Positions 49,300-58,507 of a DNA stretch of 64,000 nt are shown one piece after another. Each line of letters begins with the position of its first letter. Position 1 is the stretch's first letter. The stretch spans positions 64,001-128,000 of the forward strand of contig CAWCKJ010000004.1 in assembly GCA_963796105.1 (NCBI GenBank), in the 5' to 3' direction. Source of the stretch: a candidate division FCPU426 bacterium (GTDB lineage: Bacteria; Oederibacteriota; Muellerivitia; Muellerivitales; Muellerivitaceae). The notes below the pieces were generated by a model, which saw only the letters and a program-made list of their open reading frames with translations, ran no database searches and was not told the origin of the DNA. Position numbers and translations under genes: made by a program.

Positions 49300-51123
49300 G
49301 TGAGATTCCCAAAATTAGGTTTGTTAACCCTTAAACTGCTATTGGTGGTTTTACTGCCAGTGGCGGCTTATCTTTGGTCAACCCAGGATATCCTTAAAAA
49401 ACAAATTCAGACTGTCGTAACTAACGACCCAGAAATCACCCTTTCCCGCGGCCTCTCCACCGTCAAACTTGCCCTTAATCAATTTCAATCTGAAGTGCTC
49501 ATCAGGACTACTCGGTTGGCTGGCAAGGATAAACTGCGACAGTTGATGACCGCGAAGAAAATAAAAATCTCCAAAATTTCTTCATTTTTGGCCGGTTCCA
49601 CGAACCCTGAAACCGCTCCCCTGCTCGTCCTAGCCGAGCCGGATGGATCGGCCCTTTATAACAGCCTCGCGACACCTACCCCAACAGTCGAAGTCCAACT
49701 CACTCCCACCTCAACCTCCACCCCCATTTCCAAAAAGAAAAAATCAAAGAAATCCTCAAAATCATCCAAAAAAATCTCCACGATTCCAACTCCGCCTCTT
49801 CCATCGGTCAATGACGTTCCAGGCATCGATGAAGCGCTCCATGGGGCCCCGACCACCGGCATCCTTCCTTTCCAGGATAAGTTTTATTTCGCGGCCGCGG
49901 TTCCCATCCCCCTTTCGTCCCGGAAAACAGGCGCCTTAATGATCGGAGTCCCCTTTGACAGTCAGACAGCCGAAGACTTGAAGAAATCCATTCAAAACGA
50001 CCTGGTTTTTTATTCCCAAGGAAAGATCCGCTTTTCCACCTTAGCCGCGGCCGTTGAGAGTGAAATCGGAAAAGGCTTAACCGAATCAGGATGGCAGGAA
50101 ACCGAAGCGCCGCCCTCCCAACCCCTGACTTTCAACCAGACGCCTTGCGCTTGGAACGCCATTCCGGTGATGGACATACGCCATCAAGTCTTGGGTTCAA
50201 TCCTGATCTTCCAACCGCTCCAGCGAAAAACCACGGTGGTGGGCGATCCCCAAAGACTGATCCTGAAATGGGGTTTGATCCTTCTTCTCTTTCTTTTCGC
50301 ATTAGTATCCCTTTTAGGCCGGGACATCATCCGGATCTTGGGCGATTTGGGGGAGGCTGCCGGGAAAATCAGGGACGGCGATCCTGAACCCTCCCTACCC
50401 GTCAGAAGAATGGATGAGCTCGGGGACTTGGCCCGCTCCATGGGGGATATGGCCGAGGGCTTGAGGGAAAAGGACCGGATCTCGCTGGTGTTAGGCAAAG
50501 TAGTTTCACCCCAGGCGGCCAAAAAAATCCTGGCCGAGAAGGATTACTTCGCGCTCAAGGGCGAAAGGCGGGAGTGTACCTTGATGCAGGCTGATCTCAG
50601 GGGATTCCAGGTCCTGTCCGTGAATATGAACCCCGAAGCGCTGGTGGATTCTTTGAACCAGTATTTCCAGATCATCAACCAGGTAGTTTTCAAGTACGAG
50701 GGCATGTTGGATAGGTTCTCCGGAGGAACAGCCCTCGCGGTTTGGGGCGCGCCTTTTACTCACGAGGATAAGGAATGGAGGGCTGTTCAAAGCGCCCTGG
50801 AAATACAGGAGTCACTGCGGGAATTCAACATTTCCCGAATTCAGAAGAACCAGCCGCCTTTTAACCTTGTGATCGGAATCCATACGGGAACCGTGGTGAC
50901 TGGGAATCTGGGATCGGAACAGCACTGTGATTACAGCGTCATCGGAGAACCCCTTCAGGTGGCTTCCCGTCTTTGTTCCATGGCCTCCCCCAACCAAATT
51001 CTCGCGACTGAGGAAACTTACCAGAAAATCAAAACCCAGGTATCTGCCAATTCTTTGAAACCTATGGCCGTACAGGATTCCAACGATTCACTTCAAACCT
51101 ATGAAATCGTAAAGTTGATTTAA
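49300..51123 (+). CDS. Membrane sensor-HAMP-class III adenylate/guanylate cyclase-like protein (degenerate active site)
   Basis: Two TMs, HAMP 'RMDELGDLARSMGDM', cyclase 'ADLRGF', 'WGAP', 'IGIHTGTVVTGNLGS', 'ASRL'. Confidence 0.88.
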   Translation: MRFPKLGLLTLKLLLVVLLPVAAYLWSTQDILKKQIQTVVTNDPEITLSRGLSTVKLALNQFQSEVLIRTTRLAGKDKLRQLMTAKKIKISKISSFLAGSTNPETAPLLVLAEPDGSALYNSLATPTPTVEVQLTPTSTSTPISKKKKSKKSSKSSKKISTIPTPPLPSVNDVPGIDEALHGAPTTGILPFQDKFYFAAAVPIPLSSRKTGALMIGVPFDSQTAEDLKKSIQNDLVFYSQGKIRFSTLAAAVESEIGKGLTESGWQETEAPPSQPLTFNQTPCAWNAIPVMDIRHQVLGSILIFQPLQRKTTVVGDPQRLILKWGLILLLFLFALVSLLGRDIIRILGDLGEAAGKIRDGDPEPSLPVRRMDELGDLARSMGDMAEGLREKDRISLVLGKVVSPQAAKKILAEKDYFALKGERRECTLMQADLRGFQVLSVNMNPEALVDSLNQYFQIINQVVFKYEGMLDRFSGGTALAVWGAPFTHEDKEWRAVQSALEIQESLREFNISRIQKNQPPFNLVIGIHTGTVVTGNLGSEQHCDYSVIGEPLQVASRLCSMASPNQILATEETYQKIKTQVSANSLKPMAVQDSNDSLQTYEIVKLI

Positions 51124-51174
51124 AGAATTTCAATATTTTCCATCTGTCTTCATTTCCCAAACTCAAAAGGATTC

Positions 51175-52248
51175 ATGAAAAAAACCAATAACAAATCCAA
51201 TCATCCGGCTGAACTTCAAAAAGCTTTGCTCAAATGGTTCGATCGCAACCAGCGGGACCTTCCCTGGCGGAAAACCAAGGACCCCTACTCGGTCTTTGTC
51301 TCTGAAATGATGCTGCAACAAACCCAGGTCAAAACGGTCATCCCCTATTACGAAAGATTCATGAGGGAACTCCCGGACTGGACGTCGCTCGCTGTGGCCC
51401 CTGAGGAAAAAGTCCTCAAGCTTTGGGAAGGTTTGGGTTATTACCGAAGGGCCCGGAACCTGAGGCTGGCGGCCCAAATGATCGCGAGGGATTTTAAAGG
51501 GAAATTGCCCGATCAACTCGATCAAATCCGAATCCTTCCCGGTGTAGGCCCTTACAGCGCCGGGGCTATCCTTTCCATCGCCTTTCAAAAACCCATACCC
51601 CTTGTGGATGGAAACGTGAAACGGGTTTTCTCGAGACTGTTTCTTCTCAAAGGCAGCCTTAAGTCCGGAATCGGACGGGAAAATGTCTGGAAACTGGCCC
51701 AATCCCTGGTACCGGCCAAACAACCGGGGGATTACAACCAGGCCCTCATGGAACTCGGGGCCACCACCTGCCTTCCGGAAAATCCCTTGTGCTTGTTATG
51801 CCCTTTGAATTTCCTCTGCCAAGCCGCCCAGAAGGGCCTCCAAAACAAGTTCCCCGAGACAACCCCCGCCCCGGAAATAGTTGAGGTTTTCATGTCCGCG
51901 CTATTGATTCGGAATAAAAACAAGTTTCTGCTGCGAAAAAGACCGGAAAAGGAAAAATGGCTGAAAGGGCTCTGGGAATTCCCCAGCGCGGAGGGAGTTA
52001 CCTTTGAGGAAGCCCTTCGAAAATCAGAAAGGCTATTGAAGATCAAGGCATGGCGAAAGGAACTTCAGGAAGTCCGGCACCAGATTACAAACCACAGGAT
52101 CCGGTTGAAGTTTTTTCAAGCTCCCGTCCCCAAAACTGGAAAATTACCAGTAGGATTCAAGTGGGTATCGATGGAAGGGTTGGCTAAACTGCCTTTTTCC
52201 AGCGCCCAGGGAAAATTGAGAAAATGGGTCCAAAAACCTGCTGTGTGA
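51175..52248 (+). CDS. mutY: A/G-specific adenine glycosylase
   Basis: 'RDLPWR', 'VSEMMLQQTQV', 'WEGLGYYRRARNL', HhH 'LPGVGPYSA', 'VDGNVKRV', 4Fe-4S C-X6-C-X2-C-X5-C. Confidence 0.96.
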   Translation: MKKTNNKSNHPAELQKALLKWFDRNQRDLPWRKTKDPYSVFVSEMMLQQTQVKTVIPYYERFMRELPDWTSLAVAPEEKVLKLWEGLGYYRRARNLRLAAQMIARDFKGKLPDQLDQIRILPGVGPYSAGAILSIAFQKPIPLVDGNVKRVFSRLFLLKGSLKSGIGRENVWKLAQSLVPAKQPGDYNQALMELGATTCLPENPLCLLCPLNFLCQAAQKGLQNKFPETTPAPEIVEVFMSALLIRNKNKFLLRKRPEKEKWLKGLWEFPSAEGVTFEEALRKSERLLKIKAWRKELQEVRHQITNHRIRLKFFQAPVPKTGKLPVGFKWVSMEGLAKLPFSSAQGKLRKWVQKPAV

Positions 52249-52283
52249 TTTGTAAAGGCCAGTCCCTAACCAAAGTTCCAAGC

Positions 52284-52550
52284 TTATTCAGACTCGCCAA
52301 ATTTGGCTTTGGCCAATCCTTGAATAGCCTTGATCGCTTGTTCCGCGCTCGTGCCATCGGCCTCGATTTCAAGTTCAGTCCCCTCAGGCGCAGCCAGGTT
52401 GAGAAGCTCGAAGATGCTGTTGGCGTTGGCTGATTTCTCTTTGTTCTTAACCAGGATGGGACAGTCATAGGCTTTAGCCATCAGAACCAGCCGGACAGCC
52501 GCCCGGAGATGCAATCCATGCTTATTTTTAACCACGATTGTGCTCGTCAT
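52284..52550 (-). CDS. ptsH: HPr-family phosphocarrier protein
   Basis: 88 aa, 'NKHGLHLRAA' (His15), 'ANANSIFELL' (Ser46). GGGGGAG RBS. Confidence 0.9.
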   Translation of the reverse strand: MTSTIVVKNKHGLHLRAAVRLVLMAKAYDCPILVKNKEKSANANSIFELLNLAAPEGTELEIEADGTSAEQAIKAIQGLAKAKFGESE

Positions 52551-52693
52551 AAAAACTCCCCCTTAGTCGCCTATGGAGTTTGGACGGGTCAGGAAGGAAA
52601 AGCTACCGAGAGAGGGGAAAATTAACAGTTTCGAAACACGATAAATGGGCCTAGCAATTACAAAATTATGTCTGCTGTCTTTCCTTCCATATA

Positions 52694-53227
52694 CTACTCT
52701 TCCAACAGGTCAAATTCCCCAAAAACCACGTTGAGGTTCAAGGTCAGGCAGGGCTTTCCTTCCTGGTAGGCCTTGTTCTTGTAAAGGTAGGTTCCGACCG
52801 CGGCGGTGTTGCCGTCGGGAAGTTTGGCGTTCCCGAAGGCCGCGTTAGCCCGCACTAGGGTGGGAATATCTTTCTTGATCTTGACGGTGGAACTTCCAAA
52901 AACTGTGTTGGCCGCCACAGTCATGTCCTGGCCCTTGAAAGGCACGCCCGTCAGGTCGATGACTCCCTTTCCAAAAACCACGTTATATTCCCCATCCTTG
53001 GCCGCGGCCTGCACATTGCGGCAGTGGAAAAACACGTTGGGCCCCGCCTGCTCCTTATGAAATCCGCCAAAGATGATCTTGACGCCCAGGTAGATGAGAA
53101 ACAGGGCGAAAAAAATCCGGATGACTGGAATATCGATATTGAGGGTGTATTTTAAGATCAAGGAAATCCCAAAGAGAATTAACAAAGCCCCCCAGACGAT
53201 GCCTGAAAAAAAGATTCCCATTTTCAT
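52694..53227 (-). CDS. LiaF/DUF2154-like membrane protein
   Basis: Two N-terminal TMs plus repeated 'VVFG/TVFG/AAFG/VVFG' beta motifs. Start ATG 53227 with GGAGGAG. Confidence 0.65.
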   Translation of the reverse strand: MKMGIFFSGIVWGALLILFGISLILKYTLNIDIPVIRIFFALFLIYLGVKIIFGGFHKEQAGPNVFFHCRNVQAAAKDGEYNVVFGKGVIDLTGVPFKGQDMTVAANTVFGSSTVKIKKDIPTLVRANAAFGNAKLPDGNTAAVGTYLYKNKAYQEGKPCLTLNLNVVFGEFDLLEE

Positions 53228-53337
53228 TTCTCCTCCTAATGCCGTAGTCCTCGATCGGTTATTATTCCCGCGGAAATAGGTATAAACCATGACTCCCATC
53301 ATACCTTCGTATATTTACACTGCTGTTTCTTTCGTTC

Positions 53338-54606
53338 TCACGCTCTCGCGACCGGCAGTTCATCCCACCTTGTCGTGTAGCGGGGCGACTTGTACTCGAA
53401 CCGGGTGGTCCAACTGCGCTTAAACCCCTCCGTGGAAATCCGGACGGTTCCCCACCCCATCTTGCCGTTGATCAAATCCACAACCCGCATCAGGGCGTTC
53501 TGCCTGGACGCATCCGCGCGCCAAAAAAGGTTTTGCTGGATCTCGTCCTCCGGGACCAGTTCCGTGTAAAGCAATCCGATGCGCTTGTACTTGAAACCCG
53601 GCTGGTACAGTTGGTCTATGGCATGGTTTGCCATCATTACCAGGCGGGGTGTGTAGTTCGTGGGTTCCGGCAGGTTGCATATAGTGGAGCTTTCGTATTG
53701 GGGATCCCGCTCCCGGAAGGGGTCGGTGGAAATCCACACGAGCATGGAAGCCACCGCCTGCTTCTGTTGGCGGGCCTTCTCGGCCGTCCTCGTGACATAG
53801 GCCGTCATGGCTTCCTTCAACAGGTCCTTGGATTCCACCAGGAAGCTGAAACCCTTGCTGGAGCCGATCATCTTCTTGGGCGGCGGCGCCTGCTCCAACG
53901 GCAGGCAGGAAACGCCGTTGAGTTCCATCAAGATCCGCACGCCCACCACCCCCATCTTCTTTCGAATCAAGCGGCTTGGCGCCTTCTTGAAACCCAGCGC
54001 GTTCTCAATGCCCAGGCCTATGAGGAATTCCTCATAGGCCCAGCCGACCCCCCACACATCCCCAATGGGCACGCTCTCCAGGGCCCGATCCACATCGGAG
54101 GAGCCTACCAGGTTGACCACCCCATCCGCTTCGGCGGATTTCTTCGCCACCTTGTTGGCGATCTTGGCCAGGCTTTTGGTCTCTCCCACGCCGATGCTCA
54201 CCGGGATGCCCGTGAGGTTCTCTACCGTCTCCTTGATCCCGCGGCAGTAAGCCGTGAGGCCCGGGGGGGCGAAACCCGACAGGTCCAGGAAGCACTCGTC
54301 GATGCTATAAACCTCGATTCGGGGGGTGAACCGGGAAAGAACCTTGCGCACGCGGTTGGACATGTCCCCGTAAAGGGCATAATTGCTGGAATATACGAAA
54401 GCCCCGTTCTCCTCGATTCGCCGGCGCTCCTGGAAAAAGGGCGCGCCCATGCCGATACCCAGGGCCTTGGCTTCCCGGGAACGGGCCACGATGTTGCCGT
54501 CGTTGTTGGACAACACCACCACGGGCTTGCCCCAAGCCTTGGGGTTAAAGGCCTGCTCACAGCTGGCATAAAAGGAGTTGCAGTCCACCAGGGCGAAGAG
54601 GGTCAT
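53338..54606 (-). CDS. umuC: Y-family DNA polymerase V subunit UmuC
   Basis: 'FALVDCNSFYASCE', 'VVVLSNNDG', 'SSNYALYGDMS', 'YSIDE', C-terminal 'SPRYTTRWDELP'. ATG 54606 overlaps the umuD stop. Confidence 0.96.
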   Translation of the reverse strand: MTLFALVDCNSFYASCEQAFNPKAWGKPVVVLSNNDGNIVARSREAKALGIGMGAPFFQERRRIEENGAFVYSSNYALYGDMSNRVRKVLSRFTPRIEVYSIDECFLDLSGFAPPGLTAYCRGIKETVENLTGIPVSIGVGETKSLAKIANKVAKKSAEADGVVNLVGSSDVDRALESVPIGDVWGVGWAYEEFLIGLGIENALGFKKAPSRLIRKKMGVVGVRILMELNGVSCLPLEQAPPPKKMIGSSKGFSFLVESKDLLKEAMTAYVTRTAEKARQQKQAVASMLVWISTDPFRERDPQYESSTICNLPEPTNYTPRLVMMANHAIDQLYQPGFKYKRIGLLYTELVPEDEIQQNLFWRADASRQNALMRVVDLINGKMGWGTVRISTEGFKRSWTTRFEYKSPRYTTRWDELPVARA

Positions 54607-55064
54607 GGGCGCTTTTTTTTGAAGGAGTGGATCACGTGTTCTACCACCCCGAAAACACGGAACTCCGCCAGCTCGTTCACGGGAATGGGCTGATAAGCCG
54701 GGTCCCGGGGATTTTCCGGCAGGAGATATAGCTTGCCGTCCTTCAGGCCCAGGGTCTTGACCGTCCATTCCCCGTTGAGGGCTGCGATGACGATTTCCCC
54801 CGGCGCGGCTTTTCCGGCCCGGTTCACCACCACCACGTCCCCTGAGCGGATGCCCACGCCCTCCATGCTGTCGCCCACGACCCGGAAGGCGAAGGTGGAC
54901 TCGGGGTGCCGCAGGAGGATCTCGTTAAGGTCAAGCGGCCTTTCCAGGTAGTCCTCAGCGGGACTGGGAAAGCCCGCCGGGAGGGCCGGCTCGAAGCACC
55001 GCAGGGTGGGCAGGGTGCCGTATAGGAGCTTCGTGAGGTTGGAAAACCACAGGGAATGGGACAT
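54603..55064 (-). CDS. umuD: UmuD / S24 peptidase (pol V accessory subunit)
   Basis: 'PAGFPSPAEDY' cleavage site, catalytic 'GDSM' and 'TVK'. Start reassigned to ATG 55064 with GGAGGTGG RBS. Confidence 0.95.
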   Translation of the reverse strand: MSHSLWFSNLTKLLYGTLPTLRCFEPALPAGFPSPAEDYLERPLDLNEILLRHPESTFAFRVVGDSMEGVGIRSGDVVVVNRAGKAAPGEIVIAALNGEWTVKTLGLKDGKLYLLPENPRDPAYQPIPVNELAEFRVFGVVEHVIHSFKKKRP

Positions 55065-55084
55065 GGACCACCTCCAGGATTTAT

Positions 55085-55120
55085 GTATACACGTGTATAC
55101 CTTTTCCAGGAAGCTGTCAA
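55085..55120 (-). promoter_or_regulatory. umuDC promoter with perfect 16-bp palindrome (candidate LexA operator)
   Basis: TTGACA at 55120-55115. GTATACACGTGTATAC at 55085-55100 covers the -10 region. Confidence 0.75.
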
Positions 55121-55202
55121 GGGGAAGAAAGCAGAACTTCATCTCACCACAGCGGTGCTTCGCACATTCTTAATTTTAAACGACGTTAAGCAAAACCAAG
55201 TC

Positions 55203-55303
55203 TTAGCCACGGATTCAGGGGATGCATTTAGATAGTCTGAAGAAAAAAAGCCTTAAATATTTATGTTATTAAATCCCATGTATCCCATGCATCCGTGGCT
55301 AGA
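55203..55303. repeat. About 100-bp hairpin element (REP/MITE-like)
   Basis: Perfect 11-bp terminal IR TAGCCACGGAT (55204-55214) / ATCCGTGGCTA (55291-55301). Homologous to 9321..9420. Confidence 0.85.
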
Positions 55304-55336
55304 GATTGTTTTTAATGCCTCTCCAAACGGTACCTG

Positions 55337-55364
55337 TTGAAATAAAGGAATACAGGAGTATACT
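55337..55364 (+). promoter_or_regulatory. Sigma70-type transposase promoter overlapped by an ATAC-N4-GTAT dyad
   Basis: TTGAAA-N16-TATACT, as in IS copy A. Confidence 0.7.
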
Positions 55365-55384
55365 CATTGTTGGAGGGGCAAATT

Positions 55385-56296
55385 ATGAACTACCAACGGA
55401 TGAAGGGGATTGAGATTTTCAAGGAAATCGATACAGAAGAAAAGGCACGTCAATGGGTGTGGAAGAGCCGTTTTGCCGGAAAAGACTTTGTTTGCCCACA
55501 ATGTGAAGGAGAAAGTTTCTGGCAACACAAAAACCGCCCCGAAGTGCGGGAATGTGACTATTGTCGAAAGCAAATACGGCTTCGAGCCGGAACGATCTTC
55601 CGGAAATCCAAGATCCCAATCTTAACCTGGTTGAGGATGATTGGATTGGTGATGCAAGGGAAAAGGGGCATTTCAGCCCTGGAACTTCAGCGGCAATTGG
55701 GAATGCCCTCCTACGATACCGTTTGGAGGATGTTGCATAAGATTCGGGAAAGTCTTCGACAAAGGGATGAAAATTACCAACTCAAGGAAATCATTGAGTT
55801 GGATGGGGCTGTATTCGGCAAGAGAGAAAAGGAAAACCAGGCTGAAGTGCTGGTGGCGGTTGAAAGCAAAGAATGGATAGATGAGAAAGGGCGCAAAAAA
55901 GAGAAAGCGGGTTTTGCAAAGATAAAGGTGACCGCAGAAACCAAGTGGGAAGCCCAAGCATTCGTCGATCAAGCAATCCAGAAAGGCGCCATGATAAACA
56001 CGGATGCCAGTCCCAGCTTGAGAAACTTGGAAAACGTGGATGTGGAGTACCAGGTAACAGCCAATGACCCAGTGGTGTTAAATCACTGGTTACCTTGGGT
56101 CCACCGATTCATTTCCAACGCCAAGGCTTGGATCCTAGGAACCCATCATGGAGTCAACGTGAAATATCTGCCTGGATACTTGAGCGAATATACTTATCGG
56201 TTCAATCGTCGCCATGACCCAGATTCCTTATTTCACCGGGCCTTAACCGCTTGCGCTTTGGCAAAACCCATTACTGCGCAAGCGTTGTTCGGATAG
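55385..56296 (+). CDS. IS1595-family DDE transposase
   Basis: Colinear homolog of 38677..39585. ATG 55385 with GGAGGGG RBS. Confidence 0.95.
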   Translation: MNYQRMKGIEIFKEIDTEEKARQWVWKSRFAGKDFVCPQCEGESFWQHKNRPEVRECDYCRKQIRLRAGTIFRKSKIPILTWLRMIGLVMQGKRGISALELQRQLGMPSYDTVWRMLHKIRESLRQRDENYQLKEIIELDGAVFGKREKENQAEVLVAVESKEWIDEKGRKKEKAGFAKIKVTAETKWEAQAFVDQAIQKGAMINTDASPSLRNLENVDVEYQVTANDPVVLNHWLPWVHRFISNAKAWILGTHHGVNVKYLPGYLSEYTYRFNRRHDPDSLFHRALTACALAKPITAQALFG

Positions 56297-57002
56297 GCAT
56301 GTTGTTTTTTAGTTGTATGTTCGCTTTCCCAAGACACTGGGGGCCCTCGTTGCGGGCGTTGCTCATGAAAAGGGAAACCGGGTAGGAAGCCATTGGGGAG
56401 GCGGGAAAAGGCTTGAGGAATTTCTTGAGTTTTTCCACGTCCTGGTTTTGGGGGTCCAGCCAGGCTACGAAATCCTTCTCCTCAATAATGACCGACATCC
56501 GGTCGTGGACCGGAGCCAAGATGGAATTCGCCTCGGTCGTGATGAGCGTAAAGGAATGGATCGGCTCCCCCTTTCCGTCCTTGGGTTTCCAGAATTCCCA
56601 AAGGCCCGCCAGGCAAAAGGGCTCCTCGTTTTTCATGTAAAAGTAAAAGGGTTGCTTGGGCTTGGTTTTCTGGTCCCACTCGTAGAACCCGTCGATGGGC
56701 ACCAGACAGCGCTGTTTCTTGAAAGCCGACCAGAAGGACGGGTTCTCGGCCACCGTTTCCGCCCGCGCGTTGGCCAGTTTGAACCCGATAGTTGGGTCCT
56801 TGGCCCAGGATGGCACCAGGCCCCATTTGAGCGTTTCCATGACGGGCTTAGTTTCGTTAAACGGGATCCGGATGCAGGGCACCAGGCTGGAGGGGGCGAT
56901 ATTGAACCGGGACTCGAAGTTTTCCAGGCCCACCTTGAGGGCGATCTGGAATTTCTTGGCCAGGTTCTTGGGTTTAGTTTTCTGGGCGAATCGTCCGCAC
57001 AT
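56271..57002 (-). CDS. SOS response-associated peptidase (SRAP/YedK/HMCES abasic-site protein); C-terminus altered by IS insertion
   Basis: N-terminal 'MCGRF', 'RFNIAP', 'WGLVPSW', 'NARAET', 'RCLVPIDGFYEW', 'HDRM'. Confidence 0.95.
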   Translation of the reverse strand: MCGRFAQKTKPKNLAKKFQIALKVGLENFESRFNIAPSSLVPCIRIPFNETKPVMETLKWGLVPSWAKDPTIGFKLANARAETVAENPSFWSAFKKQRCLVPIDGFYEWDQKTKPKQPFYFYMKNEEPFCLAGLWEFWKPKDGKGEPIHSFTLITTEANSILAPVHDRMSVIIEEKDFVAWLDPQNQDVEKLKKFLKPFPASPMASYPVSLFMSNARNEGPQCLGKANIQLKNNMPIRTTLAQ

Positions 57003-57183
57003 GATGACTACTTTATTTCAGAGCGATATGGAAATCCGCTTAAAAAATTTGAATTCCCACCTTGAAAGCCAAAAGCCAGGAATAATTCACCATAATCCAC
57101 ATTCTTTAAGATTTTGGTGAATATCCTGGCCTTGGAATATTAAATAAATTGACCGGCTAAGAAATAACCTCTCGGTTATCTCT

Positions 57184-57963
57184 TTACGACTTGAATATCT
57201 TCTCGAAAAATTCCTTCATGGCCTTCCAGGACTTTTCATCCGCGCTCTTGTTGTAAAGCGCCCCTTTCAACTGCCCCTTGGCCTCGGGATTGGTGAAGCT
57301 GTGCTGGGCACCGGGATAGGTGATGATCTTGTAATCCACTCCGGCGTCCTTCATTTCCTTCTCGAAATCCGGAACCTTGGAAAGCGTGAAATTGTCCGCT
57401 CCGCCCTGGCACACCAGGACCTTGCCCTTGATGTTCTTGGCGTCCTCGGGCGTCGGGGAATCCAACCCGCCGTGGAAGGTCACGATGCCCTTTACGTCCG
57501 CGCCGCTTCGGCCAAGTTCCAGCACCGCCGCCCCGCCGAAACAATAGCCGATGGCCCCCAACTTGTCAGGGTCCACGTTGGGGCTTTGTTTCAACTGGTC
57601 CAACCCCGCGTTCACCCTCTCGCGGAACAGTTTCCGGTCCTTGTAATATTGGCCCGAGGTGGCCATGCAGGCCTCCACCTTCTCGGGCCTCACGCCCTTT
57701 CCGTAAATGTCGGCGGCAAAGGCCACGTAGCCCAGCTTGGCCAGCTTTTCCGCGCGGGATTTGGCGTACTTTCCCAGACCCGTCCATTCGTGAACCACTA
57801 GGATTCCAGGCCTTTTCCCCTGGAACGAGTCGTCGTAAGCCAGATAACCCTCCAGGACCGTATCGCCGTCCTTGTATTCCACTGTTTGAGTCTGCACTTT
57901 CGCCATGACGGGACTCCCTAAAACGAACAATAGCATTAAAGCACTCAGCCACTTATTCATCAC
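57184..57963 (-). CDS. Dienelactone hydrolase family protein (exported)
   Basis: 'HEWTG', nucleophile motif 'GYCFGG', 'FHGGL', 'YPGAQHSFT'. Signal peptide. Confidence 0.92.
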   Translation of the reverse strand: MMNKWLSALMLLFVLGSPVMAKVQTQTVEYKDGDTVLEGYLAYDDSFQGKRPGILVVHEWTGLGKYAKSRAEKLAKLGYVAFAADIYGKGVRPEKVEACMATSGQYYKDRKLFRERVNAGLDQLKQSPNVDPDKLGAIGYCFGGAAVLELGRSGADVKGIVTFHGGLDSPTPEDAKNIKGKVLVCQGGADNFTLSKVPDFEKEMKDAGVDYKIITYPGAQHSFTNPEAKGQLKGALYNKSADEKSWKAMKEFFEKIFKS

Positions 57964-58128
57964 GCGTCCTCCCCATATTAAAAATATGAACGACTAGAGG
58001 TATAAGGCGAAGAAAGGGTGAAAACAAGGGGTGTCAGGGCGGAAAGGCTCATTAGGATCATTATGACTGGTAGCCTTTGACTCCCTTTTCAAATGTTGGG
58101 ATGGTAGAATCTTTTTCAAGGCGGTTAA

Positions 58129-58374
58129 ATGTCCAAAAAAATCATAGTTTATACCACTTCCTGGTGCGGGGACTGCCATAGGCTGATGTCCGAACTAAAA
58201 GAACACGCCGTCACTTTCGAGGCGCGGGACATCGAGCAAAACGAGAACGACTACAAGACCATGATGGGATTCACCAACGGGAAGAGGGTCATCCCCACTG
58301 TAGACATCGAGGGGAAAATACTCATCAATCCCCGTTTTTCCCAGGTCGCGGAAGTCCTTGGAATTCCTGTTTGA
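58129..58374 (+). CDS. Glutaredoxin/mycoredoxin-like (NrdH-like) redoxin
   Basis: 'YTTSWCGDC', 'RVIPTV', 81 aa. Confidence 0.88.
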   Translation: MSKKIIVYTTSWCGDCHRLMSELKEHAVTFEARDIEQNENDYKTMMGFTNGKRVIPTVDIEGKILINPRFSQVAEVLGIPV

Positions 58375-58507
58375 TAATCCAGCGCTCAAAACCCTACTAC
58401 CATTCTATTTCCACTCCCCTCCGCCTTTTAAAAGCGTTATGATTGTATCCGTTCATTCAGCCGGGGGAGCCGGCTCCAATTAATCCAGCCATTCCAGGGA
58501 GGGTTTC

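Larger units (their letters stand above)
55314..56301 (+). mobile_element. IS1595-family insertion sequence (988 bp), copy B
   Basis: IRs ATGCCTCTCCAAAC (55315-55328) / GTTCGGATAGGCAT (56287-56300), 12/14. 8-bp target duplication TTGTTTTT at 55306-55313 and 56302-56309. Confidence 0.93.

Noticed and set aside
53301..53312. Additional ATAC-N4-GTAT site (ATACCTTCGTAT)
   Set aside because: Only the 8-bp core matches, about one chance hit is expected per 64 kb, and the downstream gene is not a repair gene.
38605..56301. Composite transposon
   Set aside because: Each IS has its own distinct 8-bp TSD, and the elements are diverged.
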